NCBI GenBank assembly: GCA_910586875.1
Contig: CAJUJI010000001.1
Span: forward strand, 1-62,949
Direction of reading: 5' to 3'
Origin: an uncultured Anaerotruncus sp.
GTDB lineage: Bacteria; Bacillota; Clostridia; Oscillospirales; Ruminococcaceae
DNA length: 62,949 nucleotides
A program made the translations under genes and the position numbers. The notes under the pieces are model-generated. The model did no database searches. It was not told the origin of the DNA and worked only from the letters and a program-made list of their open reading frames with translations. This document shows, one piece after another, positions 46,693-57,065 of this stretch (positions are counted from its first letter, which is position 1; each line of letters starts with the position of its first letter).

Positions 46693-48459
46693 TTAATATT
46701 TGCTGTTGTCATCAAACAGATCTGCACTGTCATAAGAGGAAGAATCATCCGGCGCAAAGCTGTAGCTTAACGCACCTACCGAACCGCTGCCGCGCAGCTG
46801 GAAACGCTCCACCTGTGATTTGAGAATATTCGCCTGGCTGGAAAGCTCCTCGCTGGCTGCTGCCGACTGTTCTGCGGTTGCAGAGTTGGTCTGTACCACC
46901 GCCGAAATCTGATCGATCCCCTGTGTAACCTGCTGAATTGCCTCTGCCTGGTCGTTGGTAGCTTTGGTAATCTGCTCCATTGTTGTGCTGATATTCTCAG
47001 CACCTTCCACAACCTCCGCCAACGAATGCTGTGTATCGCCAACCAGCTTATTACCCTCCTCAACCGCCTTGAGAGAACCTTCAATCAGGGTAGTGGTATT
47101 CTTTGCTGCCTCTGCGCTCTTGGAAGCGAGGTTGCGAACCTCATCCGCAACAACCGCAAAGCCCTTGCCTGCCGCACCTGCGCGCGCCGCTTCAACCGCC
47201 GCATTCAGCGCGAGAATATTGGTCTGGAACGCGATATCCTCAATTGTCTTGATGATCTTGCTGATCTCGCTCGAGCTCTTGTCAATCCGGGTCATCGCGT
47301 GCACTAGATCTTCCATCTGACCATTGCAGACAGAAATTGTATTAGCAGTCTGTGCAATCAGCTGATTGACCTGAGTCGCGTTCTTTGCATTCTCATTAAC
47401 CTGGCGGGAAATATCGTTGGAGGTCGCTGCAAGCTCCTCTACAGAGGATGCCTGTTCAGTAGCGCCCTGACTCAGCGCCTGTGCACCGCTGGAAACCTGA
47501 TCGGAACCAGCTGCAACCTGCTCAGCCGAATGGTTGATATTGCCCATCGTTTCGTTCAGCGCATCTAAAATCTGATTCAGCGAGGAACGGATGGAAGCAA
47601 AATCACCCAGATATTCCATATCCGCGCGCACCGTCAGATTGCCGGATGCAATCGTCTTCAGAATATTCGCGATATCATCGATGTAAGAGGAAAGGGTGGT
47701 TAACACAAACCGCATACTCTCTGCAAGCTGTCCCAATTCATCCTGAGAGCGGTAGGTAACAACCGCCTTCATATTGCCGCGTGTCATCTCTTTCGCGGCG
47801 GCCTCAATTTCTGCGACAGGGCGGGAAATACCGCGGCTGATCACGCCAACCAACAAAACGGTGAGAATCAAGCTGACAACTGCCAGTGCAATCTGAACAC
47901 CCATGCAGATAAACTTCATCTGCTCGCCCTGACGGTAATATTCATCCGCCTGGCTCTGGCTGGCCGCTATTACTTTGTCCATTGCCTCCGACAAGGTTAC
48001 CCGCGCGGTGCTATACTCGCCCAAAATCAGCGCATATGCCTCGTCATCCTTGGACGCCGCAAGCAGCTCCATCGCTCTTGAACGAGGCCCTGCAAGATTG
48101 TTCATCGCAGTCTCTGCATTGCTGAGCAAGGTGGGATCCCCCACGTAAGCCGCCCTCAGCTCGCCAAATAGAGCGGTCAACTCCGCAGCCAGCTGATTGC
48201 TCTGGTTGCTAATCTCCTGAACTTTTACGGGATCTTTTTCAACCAACGCCTGCAGCAAATTGCGGTTCACCTCGGTGCTGCGCTGTTGAATTGCTTCTGC
48301 TGTTTTTACCATCGGATATGGTGTATTGTAAAAGTTTTTCAAGCCACTTGAAACACTGCTAAGGCCAATGATTGATGCAATTACCGCAATACAGTAGAAC
48401 ACCATTACGATAGCAAATGAAACTGTGATTTTTTTCCCTACCTTCAAATTCTTAAACAA
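46693..48459 (-). CDS. methyl-accepting chemotaxis protein (4HB sensor, HAMP, MCP domain)
   Basis: two TMs; DELGQL HAMP; [37 protein letters not shown]; likely TTG start ([11 protein letters not shown]). Confidence 0.95.
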   Translation of the reverse strand: MFKNLKVGKKITVSFAIVMVFYCIAVIASIIGLSSVSSGLKNFYNTPYPMVKTAEAIQQRSTEVNRNLLQALVEKDPVKVQEISNQSNQLAAELTALFGELRAAYVGDPTLLSNAETAMNNLAGPRSRAMELLAASKDDEAYALILGEYSTARVTLSEAMDKVIAASQSQADEYYRQGEQMKFICMGVQIALAVVSLILTVLLVGVISRGISRPVAEIEAAAKEMTRGNMKAVVTYRSQDELGQLAESMRFVLTTLSSYIDDIANILKTIASGNLTVRADMEYLGDFASIRSSLNQILDALNETMGNINHSAEQVAAGSDQVSSGAQALSQGATEQASSVEELAATSNDISRQVNENAKNATQVNQLIAQTANTISVCNGQMEDLVHAMTRIDKSSSEISKIIKTIEDIAFQTNILALNAAVEAARAGAAGKGFAVVADEVRNLASKSAEAAKNTTTLIEGSLKAVEEGNKLVGDTQHSLAEVVEGAENISTTMEQITKATNDQAEAIQQVTQGIDQISAVVQTNSATAEQSAAASEELSSQANILKSQVERFQLRGSGSVGALSYSFAPDDSSSYDSADLFDDNSKY

Positions 48460-48507
48460 AAAACTCGCCTCACTCCTAAATTTCATCGATCCGTCGGTCT
48501 CATACCT

Positions 48508-48535
48508 ATTATGGACCTTTTTCGTAAAAAGTCAA
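48508..48535 (-). promoter_or_regulatory. putative sigmaA promoter of the MCP gene
   Basis: TTGACT-16nt-CATAAT. Confidence 0.5.
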
Positions 48536-48622
48536 GACCTTTGCTTAAAATTAGCGGTCCTGTGGGGCGACTGTGCCCCAACTTTCAAGGCGCCTTTTGC
48601 ATCCCTAAAAGTGACCTCTCTA

Positions 48623-49918
48623 TTATAAAGCCTCCTCCCCTTCCTTCAATCCCTCAGCCGCTTTTTGCGCATCTTCTGGATTTGCTGGCTTTAACAGATT
48701 ATTCCAAATAGAATTGACATACTCCACACATTCAAAATAAATCTGTGTAATAATGTTCATGGGCAGCCCCAAATTTTGGGCGTGCATGGTCATTCCTGCC
48801 CAATCTGCACTTTCATAACAGAGCACCAGATGATATAACTCGCCGCAGCTTCCACTGCCGGTGAGCAGCGCTGTGCGAATTTCGTCGCTGATTGCAAGCT
48901 CTGCCAACGCAATATCCAGCGGCACCTCCATGAGTGTATCCAAAATCGAGAACATACCCATCAGATAAGCTTCCGCGGGAGAAATTGGCAGATTGCTTAG
49001 ATGTTTAGAAAGCTCCTGACAGAAGTTTGCGCGCAGGAAGGAGGTCTTGATCAGCTCATCTGACGAGCCGCCGTTGTCCCGTTTAAAGCTCAACAGATAA
49101 ATCCACTGTTTGAGCTGGCCGACGCCCAGAATAACCAGCGCCTGCTGCACCGATTTCGCCTGGTTGCGCAGTGCAAAATATGCGGAATTTACCAGCTTCA
49201 TCAGTGAGAACGCCAGTGTGACATCCCGCGAGATAATCTGTGTAATTTCGTCGATATCCGGCTCGTCACGGGTGACCGCAATCATCAGCTGGAAGAAGTT
49301 TCCCTGCATATGGTCTACACGATACACCCGCGCACTTTTTTGCTCTGCAACGCAGGTGCCTTGTATGTATTCGCATTCCAACGATTTGGCAAGCGCAAGC
49401 GCCTCCGGCGTGTTAATGCGATAGGCAATGACCTTCTTTTTCAGCCCATGCGAAAGGCTCACGGTATTGGACACCGTATTGCGGATTCCTTCATTCGTGC
49501 TGACCCGTCCAAAGTCCACCTTTAAATAATCGACAATTTCCATGATGCTAAAATAACGCGGAGAAAATTCAAAATCGCGAATTGCAATTTTATAGCCCTG
49601 CTTTTTATACCGGTAAAGCATCCGCTGTGCAACCGGATGAAGAATCGCCTGGTCGTTGATTTGGATGACCAGCTTTTCCGGCGAAAACATCCGCGGAATA
49701 TTCTTCATCAGCAGGTTAGGGGTAAAAGTCAAATAAGCAGTGCTCCCGCCCAAAAAGCGTTCATCACTCATTTCGGTTAAAAATTCCTCAATCGCGGTTG
49801 CAACACGGGAATCCTGCTGTCCTAGCAGAGAAGACTCATCCTCCTTATAAAGAATTTCATAAGCACTTACCTTTCCCGAACGGTCCAGAATTGGTTGACG
49901 AACGATATACGTCTCCAA
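48623..49918 (-). CDS. EAL-HDOD protein (YuxH/PdeH-like), apparently degenerate
   Basis: RQPILD..AYEILY; HDOD ISRDVTL..LMKLVNS, AYLMGMFSILD; catalytic DDF replaced by RDF. Confidence 0.85.
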   Translation of the reverse strand: METYIVRQPILDRSGKVSAYEILYKEDESSLLGQQDSRVATAIEEFLTEMSDERFLGGSTAYLTFTPNLLMKNIPRMFSPEKLVIQINDQAILHPVAQRMLYRYKKQGYKIAIRDFEFSPRYFSIMEIVDYLKVDFGRVSTNEGIRNTVSNTVSLSHGLKKKVIAYRINTPEALALAKSLECEYIQGTCVAEQKSARVYRVDHMQGNFFQLMIAVTRDEPDIDEITQIISRDVTLAFSLMKLVNSAYFALRNQAKSVQQALVILGVGQLKQWIYLLSFKRDNGGSSDELIKTSFLRANFCQELSKHLSNLPISPAEAYLMGMFSILDTLMEVPLDIALAELAISDEIRTALLTGSGSCGELYHLVLCYESADWAGMTMHAQNLGLPMNIITQIYFECVEYVNSIWNNLLKPANPEDAQKAAEGLKEGEEAL

Positions 49919-49948
49919 TCAAAATTCACTCCTTCACTCAAGTTCCGC

Positions 49949-52243
49949 TTAAACGCCTTCTGTGCCGATATCCGATTTCCAGTAGATATCAAGCTTATCC
50001 CCCTCCAACACCGGCTCAACATAAGATGCTGGCCGGCCGTTGCGCAATACGACAATCTCCCCCTGGGGCTTTGTAGGGTCGATGTCCACATAGTTTAGTG
50101 CATCAAAAAACTGCACATACTGGCCATCCGCCTTGGCCGGCAGGATGCAGGGCATCCCGTTGAGCACAACCCGGACCGGTCCATAGGCATACCGCTGCGA
50201 CGCATCCGAAAACGCAGAGGAAGCGGTCGCCATCACCGGCCGCGCCTGCTGCTCATGCGGTTGCTGTGCCGCATGATAAATCGGCCGCACCAATGGTCGC
50301 AGTGGCGCAGTCAATGGCTGTGCCGCTGGCTGCGGGCTCTTTTGCTCCGTCTCCAGCTGCACCGGCCTTACCACTGGTGTGGCCGCCTGTGACGGCGCTG
50401 GCTGCTCCTGTCGGGGTTGTACCGGCTGCTGGAGCTCCGGCGGTTTTACTTCCGGCGGCTTTGGCTCCGGCGGGTTGGGCCGCTCAAGAATGTTGATGAC
50501 ATCCCCCTGCACCAGCCGGTAGGAAAAATCATCGCAGAGCGCACCGTTTACATAGACCTGCCCAGGGCCCGGCATCAGCTGTTCCGACTCAAACAGGTCC
50601 TCCAGCGTAGCGATCTCCCAAACCTCCACATGGTCCCCCTGGGAAACCGGTTCATCGCCGCCGGCCGGCACACCATTGAGCATACCCGCCGTTCCTGCAA
50701 ATTTGCTCGCGCCGTTCAGCTCCACCTCCAGCACATTCCAGCCACCCACTGCATCACATAGCAGCGGCATCGCATCTGCGCCGTTTTCCGCTGGAATAAA
50801 GGTGACCTCGTCCCCTGATTGCAGCGGGGTGGTGATATTCGCCGGACGCCCGTTTACCTCAAACCGCGCCAGGGTTGGAATCCCGCCCCGGATCAGTTTT
50901 GTTGCGCCATTGAGCTCGAACGCGACCCCTTTGCCGGAACGCCCCATAATCTGGCCATACTGGTAGCCGCTGCGCAGCAACGCCTCCATCAGCGACATCG
51001 AGCTGCCATTCATCATCCGAACCCGCTTGCCATTGACCATAACCGCCAGATTTTCCTGGCCTTGTACCGACATTGCAGAAATCGCAATTCCAATCGGCGT
51101 CGCATATTCTGCACTAATATATTGCGGGTCGGTGTCAACCATCCGCTTCATATAGTTGTTGCCGCCAATCGCAACCTTTTTCTCATCGATCGACAGCCCC
51201 TGCGCGACCAACCTGCAAAGCTCCGGCGTGCGGCTTCCGCCGCCGACCATAAACACCGCCATCGGCGGCGCACCATTCGCCTCCAAAATCCGCTGACTGA
51301 TGGTGCTTGCCAAATCCTCCACCGTAGGCAGCACCTGTTCGAGCATCTCCGCCGCTGGTGCGCTGTATTCCAGTCCCAAAATGTCCGTGTACGCAATTGT
51401 CTGCTTGCCCTCGCTGAGCATCCGCTTCATCTGCTCGGCCATCTGGAAATCCACCAGGAATTCCCGCATAATGCGTTCGGTTACTTCATCGCCCGCGACC
51501 GTCGCCATCGTGTAAGCGCAAACGCTGCCATTATTGGCAATCGCGATATCCGAGGTGCCCGCGCCCACATCCACCAATGCCACATTCAGCAGCCGAAGCT
51601 CCTGTGGAATGACCGCGTTAATCGCCGCGATCGGCTCCAAGGTCACACTCATGATGCTCAGCCCGATGCGCGACATGGTGGCATAAAGGCTTTCCACCAC
51701 CTCGCTGGGCAAAAAGGTCCCGATAAGCTCCACCTGTGCTTTTCTGCCGCGATGGTTCAGCAGGGTGGAGAAGCTATATCCATCCAGCGTATAACGAATC
51801 ACTGAATGCCCCACACAGTAGTAGGATAGAATACTTTCATCCTCCGATTCCCGCGCGAGCTCCTCATAAGCCTGCTGAATCGCTTTGGACTCCAACAAAA
51901 ACAGCTGCCGCTGGTCAATCGGTTTTTTCTCATCAATATCAATGCTGTATACCGCGCGATGCGTTTTCAGCACCCGCCCTGCGGCCGCCACATAAACCTC
52001 CTTGAGCGAGAAACCCAAATTTATCTCAAGGCGTTCTTTGATCCTGCCTGCAATTCGTGCGGTCTGTTCAATATCTTCAATCTGCCCATCCACTACGGCG
52101 CGTTCCGTGTGTTCCTCCGACTCCACCCGCAGCACCTTGAGCATTCCGTTTTCTACCGTCCCGACTACGCCGATCACGCTGCGGGTACCGATATCCAGCG
52201 CAAAGATGAGCTTTTGATCCTGTTGCCCGCTTGTCGTATCCAT
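49949..52243 (-). CDS. long FtsA/PilM-like actin-fold ATPase with C-terminal repeats
   Basis: ALDIGTRSVIG, LEPIAA, LVDVGAGTSD, VGGGS; C-terminal VNG..A....L..GD.V repeats. Confidence 0.85.
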   Translation of the reverse strand: MDTTSGQQDQKLIFALDIGTRSVIGVVGTVENGMLKVLRVESEEHTERAVVDGQIEDIEQTARIAGRIKERLEINLGFSLKEVYVAAAGRVLKTHRAVYSIDIDEKKPIDQRQLFLLESKAIQQAYEELARESEDESILSYYCVGHSVIRYTLDGYSFSTLLNHRGRKAQVELIGTFLPSEVVESLYATMSRIGLSIMSVTLEPIAAINAVIPQELRLLNVALVDVGAGTSDIAIANNGSVCAYTMATVAGDEVTERIMREFLVDFQMAEQMKRMLSEGKQTIAYTDILGLEYSAPAAEMLEQVLPTVEDLASTISQRILEANGAPPMAVFMVGGGSRTPELCRLVAQGLSIDEKKVAIGGNNYMKRMVDTDPQYISAEYATPIGIAISAMSVQGQENLAVMVNGKRVRMMNGSSMSLMEALLRSGYQYGQIMGRSGKGVAFELNGATKLIRGGIPTLARFEVNGRPANITTPLQSGDEVTFIPAENGADAMPLLCDAVGGWNVLEVELNGASKFAGTAGMLNGVPAGGDEPVSQGDHVEVWEIATLEDLFESEQLMPGPGQVYVNGALCDDFSYRLVQGDVINILERPNPPEPKPPEVKPPELQQPVQPRQEQPAPSQAATPVVRPVQLETEQKSPQPAAQPLTAPLRPLVRPIYHAAQQPHEQQARPVMATASSAFSDASQRYAYGPVRVVLNGMPCILPAKADGQYVQFFDALNYVDIDPTKPQGEIVVLRNGRPASYVEPVLEGDKLDIYWKSDIGTEGV

Positions 52244-52435
52244 ATCGCAGTCACCTACCTTTTTCTATCATTTTGCCGCCCTGGGCGGCGCGATAGGGCG
52301 CGCTGTTATCCTCCCGCCTGCGCAGGAACGTGACAGCGCTTTTTCGCCCATAGGCCCCTCCGCCATGCACAGCGTAGCAGAGGGTTACCGCACCGCCGCT
52401 AGCAGCAAAGGGGCTCGCGCCAACCACATCCGCTA

Positions 52436-53062
52436 TTATAAGAATCCAAAGCCCTGCTTTTTGCGGATCTCCTGGCGCTGCCGCTCATACAGGAAAGCAC
52501 AAAGCCGCTGTTCTTCCCAGTCAGCCAAATCCACAAAGTCCACTCCATAGGCCAGCATCCCCTCGCGCGTTTTCAGCGCGCGCACCACCGTTGCATATAG
52601 CCATTCTACCTCTTGGCTAAAAAATTTGGGGTCGATTTTCACCTTTGCCTCTGGCCGCAGCAGATGGTCGGTCTCCAACAGCATTCCCCCCAGGCTCAGA
52701 TTTTTCACACGGACCTGGAACGGTTTTGCATCCCGCGTCATCTCATAAGCGCGCGCGGGCAGGTCTACATTGACTCTAAAATATCGGCGGGTTTCATACT
52801 CCTTTAAATTGGTGACGTTTCCCACTACAAGCAGTTCCTTTTGCGAGCTGACCACCCAGCCAACAAAAATGTTGAAACCGCCCGTTTTGCCATTGACCAG
52901 AATTTTCACCTTCATACCTGCGTCAAGAATCGGGAAATTTTCGCTGGGTCCGTCAATCTGCAACCGCTCGTCGCGTGCCGCCGCAATTTTACCGAACAGG
53001 ATGTCCTCATCCTTCATACTCTTGATTTCACAGGTCAGGCCAATAAACTGGTTCAGCGCCAT
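52436..53062 (-). CDS. PilZ domain c-di-GMP receptor (flagellar brake-like)
   Basis: intact RRYFR (RxxxR) and NLSLGG ([DN]xSxxG) motifs. Confidence 0.85.
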   Translation of the reverse strand: MALNQFIGLTCEIKSMKDEDILFGKIAAARDERLQIDGPSENFPILDAGMKVKILVNGKTGGFNIFVGWVVSSQKELLVVGNVTNLKEYETRRYFRVNVDLPARAYEMTRDAKPFQVRVKNLSLGGMLLETDHLLRPEAKVKIDPKFFSQEVEWLYATVVRALKTREGMLAYGVDFVDLADWEEQRLCAFLYERQRQEIRKKQGFGFL

Positions 53063-53086
53063 ATGATCCCCTCCTACTTTGATGTT

Positions 53087-53413
53087 TTATGGTTGCTCCG
53101 GCGCGCGTCTTGGCCGGACCGAAAGTGAACGGAAGGCCGAAGGGCTATTTTTGATACGTTTCGAGGTTTCCAGCAGCTGGCAATAAATTGCCGCCACCAC
53201 CTGATACAGCTCCTCCGGTATATTGCTTCCTATTTCCAGCATACACAGCAGTGACACCGCACTGTCATCCCGAAAAACCGGTATTCCCTGCTGCTCTGCA
53301 ATGTCGATGATTTTCTGCGCAATCTCCCCATAGCCGGACGCAATGACAATCGGGGAGGCGTCCTCTTCTATGTTATATTTTAATGCTACCGCTTTATTTT
53401 TAGATCTTGACAT
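53087..53413 (-). CDS. stand-alone FlhB C-terminal domain protein (YlqH/FlhX-like)
   Basis: KAVALKY...PIVIASGYGEIAQKII...IPEELYQVVA parallels the FlhB segment after NPTH. Confidence 0.88.
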   Translation of the reverse strand: MSRSKNKAVALKYNIEEDASPIVIASGYGEIAQKIIDIAEQQGIPVFRDDSAVSLLCMLEIGSNIPEELYQVVAAIYCQLLETSKRIKNSPSAFRSLSVRPRRAPEQP

Positions 53414-54800
53414 CAACACCGGTCCTTCTATAAGGTAATGAGCGAAATACGTCCATCAGCGAACGCGGCCGTTCCAGCCGGTCTACCATAACATCCCCAA
53501 ACCGATAGCCCAGCCCCCGCAGGCTTTTGGACAGATCATCGCCAACGCCGGCGTAATCCCGCACATAAGCCGCCGGACAAAACAGTGACAGGTCTATCGT
53601 TTTGTCGCGCACATACAGCTCCATCTCAAACCGGCCGATATCGCTGATGTCGAACACCAGCAGCAGGTGGGTGCTTTTCTCATTTTTTTTGCTGCTGCGG
53701 TCGTCCTCCTGGCCATTCACATTGATCCAGATTTCCGCAAACGAGCGCAGGTCCTCATATTGCACCGGAATTACAAAATGCAGCAGCGGCGTAAAGTTGC
53801 ATGGGGACGAAAGCAAGCTGCGGATGACCTTTTCGATCTTCTCGGAGTTCATCAGCATCAGCTCATCGCTCTCCGCCTGCTTGTGGATAATCCGCGCGAG
53901 CACATCCATCACGGTATGGCCCTGATCCTGCGGCGCCCCCTCACGCAAAAACTGCTCGACATACCCCATAAACCTGCCGCGCGCCTCATCGCCGCGCAGC
54001 TGCGACAGCACCTGACTGATGGAATCCTGGAAGAACTCGGTGTTATCGTTATAGCGCGAGAGGTTATAAACTGTAATCGAAAGCACCTTTGCCAGCTTTG
54101 GCGAAAACAAAATGCTGTCCTCCACCTGCGAAAACAGGCTGAGCAGCTGCCGCTTGAGCCCGTCAAACTGGTACTGCGCATCCGGACCGCGGAACCGCTG
54201 GGCCAACGTAGCAAGCTGCTGAGAGAGCGTTTTACTGCTCTCCAAGCTTTGGGAGAGAAACTCCAGACTGTTTGCGACCGAATCCAGCATCGCCTCCCGC
54301 GAGGAAAAATAATTCAGCGACTTTAAAAAGTTCACCACCGCCGCGCGCAGGTCCCCCTGCTCTGGATTTTGCGCGAGCATCTCCCGCAGAAAATCAAACA
54401 TCTCCCCCTTAAAGATGGTCGAGACATTCTCCTGGCGCAGCATCTCCTGCGCAATCTGATCAGGCGGGACCAGCAGCTGGTCAAACATCTGCTCGATCTC
54501 CTGCGTAAAGGTTTGGTTGTTAACCGGCAGAAGCTTGATCATCTCCTGAAGCAGGAAGATGTTTTTCAGCGAGCCAACCGTGACCGATGGATCCTTGAGC
54601 AGATTCAGCAGCAGCGCAGAGGTGCCTTCCTCCTGATTCATGCCGTTGTTCTGCTGAAGAATCTCCTCCTGCGAGGCAGGCTTCACCACCTTGGAGATGT
54701 TGTGCAAATCAAACTGCGGGGAGATCTCCACCGTTTTCTTTGGGTCCATCGCCTGGGCTTTATTCACCAGCGGTGTCGTAATTTTTAGTATATCAGCCAT
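53400..54800 (-). CDS. YlqG/FliK-like protein
   Basis: helical N-region plus C-terminal beta domain (LLLVFDISDIGRFEMEL) ending GVDVKI; overlaps the FlhB-C gene. Confidence 0.6.
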   Translation of the reverse strand: MADILKITTPLVNKAQAMDPKKTVEISPQFDLHNISKVVKPASQEEILQQNNGMNQEEGTSALLLNLLKDPSVTVGSLKNIFLLQEMIKLLPVNNQTFTQEIEQMFDQLLVPPDQIAQEMLRQENVSTIFKGEMFDFLREMLAQNPEQGDLRAAVVNFLKSLNYFSSREAMLDSVANSLEFLSQSLESSKTLSQQLATLAQRFRGPDAQYQFDGLKRQLLSLFSQVEDSILFSPKLAKVLSITVYNLSRYNDNTEFFQDSISQVLSQLRGDEARGRFMGYVEQFLREGAPQDQGHTVMDVLARIIHKQAESDELMLMNSEKIEKVIRSLLSSPCNFTPLLHFVIPVQYEDLRSFAEIWINVNGQEDDRSSKKNEKSTHLLLVFDISDIGRFEMELYVRDKTIDLSLFCPAAYVRDYAGVGDDLSKSLRGLGYRFGDVMVDRLERPRSLMDVFRSLPYRRTGVDVKI

Positions 54801-54847
54801 CCGCAAAGACTCCTAACCGGAGATGGGCATTATCTCCTATATATAAC

Positions 54848-54874
54848 TTATCGTTCAAAATATGAAAAACACAA
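54848..54874 (-). promoter_or_regulatory. putative sigma28 promoter (leftward operon)
   Basis: TTGTGTTT-N11-AACGATAA. Confidence 0.55.
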
Positions 54875-54884
54875 CATCAACAGC

Positions 54885-54911
54885 TTTAGTTTTTTTCATT
54901 CCGGTCGAACA
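54885..54911 (+). promoter_or_regulatory. putative sigma28 promoter of cheA-W-R-B
   Basis: TTTAGTTT-N11-GTCGAACA. Confidence 0.6.
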
Positions 54912-54985
54912 GTAAAATGAAGGATTAAAATTTATCCAGTAATGTATCTATGGCGAACTATTTTTTTGATAAGCAGGTGAGTGAT

Positions 54986-57064
54986 ATGCCGATTGATCCC
55001 AGCATGGAACCGATGTTGGAAGTGTTCATCTACGAAACAACCACTTTGTTGGACCAGCTCGACGAAATTTTGCTCGAGTCGGAAAAGTCCAAAAGCTTCA
55101 GCGATGACAATATCAACGAGATTTTCCGGATCATGCACACCATCAAAGGCTCTGCCGCAATGATGGATCTGACCGGAATTTCCACCCTTGCCCACGCGGT
55201 GGAGGATGTGTTCTTTATCATCCGCGAGCATCCCGAAAAGATGGCTCACATCGGAGAGGCTATTTTTGACCTGGTGTTCCAAGCCTCCGACTTTTTCAAG
55301 GAAGAGCTTGAGTCGGTGCAAAATACCCACGAGGCCAACAAGGACCCCAGCGCAATCATTGCCGAGCTGGAACGTCAGGCCGCAATTCTTAACGGCGCCG
55401 AGGCTCCCGCTCCGGCCCAAACGCCAGCTGCCGCGCAGCCGGCCGCTGCCGCATCCGCACAGGAAGCCCCGTCCGATGGTTCCTATCGCATCCGCGTCCA
55501 TTTTGAGGAAGGCTGCCAGATGGAAAACATCCGTGCCTTTATGCTGCTTTCCCAGCTCAAGGATTTGTGTGATGAGCTGACCTCTGTTCCGGAAAGCCCC
55601 GAGTCGGATTCTTCGCTTTGCTCTGAAATCATCAAAAACGGTTTGCTGCTTATTTTTAAGCCCAGCGTATCCGTTGCGGAAATTTACCAGGTGATTGAAA
55701 GCGCGGTCAATGTCGCCTCCTACGAGGACGAGACCCCTGCGGCGCAGCCTGCTGCACCCGAACAGCCCGCTGCTGAGCAGCCCGCAGGCAGCACACCGCC
55801 GCCTGCCGCGCCCGAAAAGCCTGCTGCTCCCGCCGCCAGCAGCCCTGCCGCCCCGCCAAACGCTGCAAAGGTCAAACAAAGCCTTATCAGCGTCAACCAG
55901 ACCAAGCTGGACCAGCTGATGGATCTGGTGGGCGAGCTGGTTACAACGGAATCTATGGTGGTAAGCAGCCCGGATTTGAAGGGGCTGCATCTGGATAACT
56001 TCTATAAGTCCACCCGCGAGCTGCGCAAGCTCACCGACGAGCTACAGGATGTTGTAATGTCCATCCGCATGGTTCCGCTTTCCGGCGTATTCCAGAAGAT
56101 GAACCGCATCGTGCGCGATATGAGCAAAAAGCTTGATAAAGAGGTTGAGTTCTACACCGAGGGCGGCGACACCGAGGTAGACAAAACCATCAATGATGCG
56201 ATCGGCGATCCATTTATGCACATGGTCCGTAACGCGATGGATCACGCAATTGAGCACCCCGACGAACGCATTGCCAACGGCAAACCCGCAACCGGTAAGG
56301 TAAGCATGATTGCAAAGAACATCGGTGGCGAAATTGTCATCACCATCGCCGACGATGGTAAGGGACTGGACACCGAACAAATTATCCGCAAGGCACGTGA
56401 AAACGGTCTGTTGACCAAACCGGAGAGCGAATATTCCAACAAGGAAATTTTCGGCATGATCATGCTGCCCGGCTTCTCGACCAACAAAGAGGTCACCGAG
56501 TACTCCGGTCGTGGCGTTGGCATGGATGTTGTGCACAAGAATATTGAAAAGGTCGGCGGTACCATCAGCATCGACAGCGAAAAGGGGAAGGGCACAACCT
56601 TTACCATTAAAATTCCGCTGACGTTGGCTATTGTGGATGGTATGGAGCTGGCGGTTGGGGACACCGTATTTACGCTTGGCATCACCTCGATTCAGCGCTC
56701 GTTTAAAATTTACGATGATAACCAGATTCTGCACAATACCGATGGCACCGAAATGATTATGCTCAGCGGCGAGTGCTTCCCGCTGATACGCCTACATCAG
56801 CTTTATAACATTCCTACAGAGATTACCGACCTGCACGATGGGATTGTAATTTTGATTGAAAACGGCGAAAACGTCGCCTGTATCTTTGCCGACGAGCTGC
56901 TCGGTGAGCAGCAGGTGGTTGTCAAGCCGTTCCCAACCTTCCTAAACAAATATGCGCTCAAGCAAATTGGCCTTTCCGGCTGCTCCATCCTGGGCGATGG
57001 CAGCATCAGCTTGATCCTCGACGCAAATAATCTGCTGAACCTGAACAAAGAGAGGAGAGGTTAA
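54986..57064 (+). CDS. cheA: chemotaxis histidine kinase CheA
   Basis: IFRIMHTIKGS P1 His; HMVRNAMDHAIE; DDGKG; SGRGVGMDVV; IPLTLAI. Confidence 0.97.
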   Translation: MPIDPSMEPMLEVFIYETTTLLDQLDEILLESEKSKSFSDDNINEIFRIMHTIKGSAAMMDLTGISTLAHAVEDVFFIIREHPEKMAHIGEAIFDLVFQASDFFKEELESVQNTHEANKDPSAIIAELERQAAILNGAEAPAPAQTPAAAQPAAAASAQEAPSDGSYRIRVHFEEGCQMENIRAFMLLSQLKDLCDELTSVPESPESDSSLCSEIIKNGLLLIFKPSVSVAEIYQVIESAVNVASYEDETPAAQPAAPEQPAAEQPAGSTPPPAAPEKPAAPAASSPAAPPNAAKVKQSLISVNQTKLDQLMDLVGELVTTESMVVSSPDLKGLHLDNFYKSTRELRKLTDELQDVVMSIRMVPLSGVFQKMNRIVRDMSKKLDKEVEFYTEGGDTEVDKTINDAIGDPFMHMVRNAMDHAIEHPDERIANGKPATGKVSMIAKNIGGEIVITIADDGKGLDTEQIIRKARENGLLTKPESEYSNKEIFGMIMLPGFSTNKEVTEYSGRGVGMDVVHKNIEKVGGTISIDSEKGKGTTFTIKIPLTLAIVDGMELAVGDTVFTLGITSIQRSFKIYDDNQILHNTDGTEMIMLSGECFPLIRLHQLYNIPTEITDLHDGIVILIENGENVACIFADELLGEQQVVVKPFPTFLNKYALKQIGLSGCSILGDGSISLILDANNLLNLNKERRG

Positions 57065-57065
57065 C

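Noticed and set aside
49949-52243. Canonical cell-division ftsA
   Set aside because: No ftsZ or dcw context, much longer than typical FtsA, and extra C-terminal repeats; the gene symbol was withheld.
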